Assembly: GCA_037440825.1 (NCBI GenBank)
Contig: JBBITJ010000012.1
Span: forward strand, 1,170 to 15,621
Source of the DNA: Candidatus Micrarchaeota archaeon
GTDB taxonomy: Archaea; Micrarchaeota; Micrarchaeia; Anstonellales; Bilamarchaeaceae
DNA: 14,452 nt
Direction: 5' to 3'
Positions 14,328 through 14,452 of the stretch are shown here, in pieces. Both the position numbers and the translations under genes were made by a program. Each line of letters begins with the position of its first letter. The stretch's first letter is position 1. Below the pieces are notes generated by a model, which worked only from the letters and a program-made list of their open reading frames with translations, was not told where the DNA came from and made no database searches.

Positions 14328-14452
14328 GTGGAGAAAGACATCGATTTCAAGATCACGAACATCGTCTCCTCAGCTAATCTGGGGCTGGAGCTCGACCTCT
14401 TCTACATAGCGCAGAGGATAAAGGAGATAGAGTACGAGCCTGAGCAATTCCC
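14328..14452 (+). CDS. tbp: TATA-box-binding protein, N-terminal part (runs off the window)
   Basis: Manual translation from GTG 14328 gives MEKDIDFKITNIVSSANLGLELDLFYIAQRIKEIEYEPEQFP, with TBP motifs NIV.S..L...LDL and EYEPEQFP. A GGTGA SD lies at 14319-14323. Confidence 0.93.
   Translation, partial: MEKDIDFKITNIVSSANLGLELDLFYIAQRIKEIEYEPEQF

Overview
This is a gene-dense, GC-rich archaeal housekeeping region. Archaeal markers include aTrm56, TFE-alpha, a GAN/RecJ-like nuclease, Rpo4, L21e, DUF655, TBP and TATA-type promoters. The Cys-rich surface proteins suggest a DPANN organism such as Micrarchaeota, which is an inference. Gene order: end of a Cys-repeat protein, trm56 (+); a coupled CPA2 antiporter / YvoF-like acetyltransferase / DUF1405 operon (-); tfe with a Lys-rich tail and a NUDIX gene (+); a Cys-rich exported protein and a YchF-like GTPase (-); pdaD (+); a His-rich orphan, GAN/RecJ, marC, tsaC/sua5, pyrI, an orphan, pyrB, tRNA-Val(TAC), DUF655, rpo4 and rpl21e (all -); and the start of tbp (+). 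I saw no transposase, integrase or CRISPR array. Two signals are not explained by the annotation. One is a dispersed family of G/T-rich heptamer-unit elements, including an exact 33-bp duplicate and in-frame tracts inside conserved genes. The other is a run of six back-to-back hairpins directly upstream of tRNA-Val.
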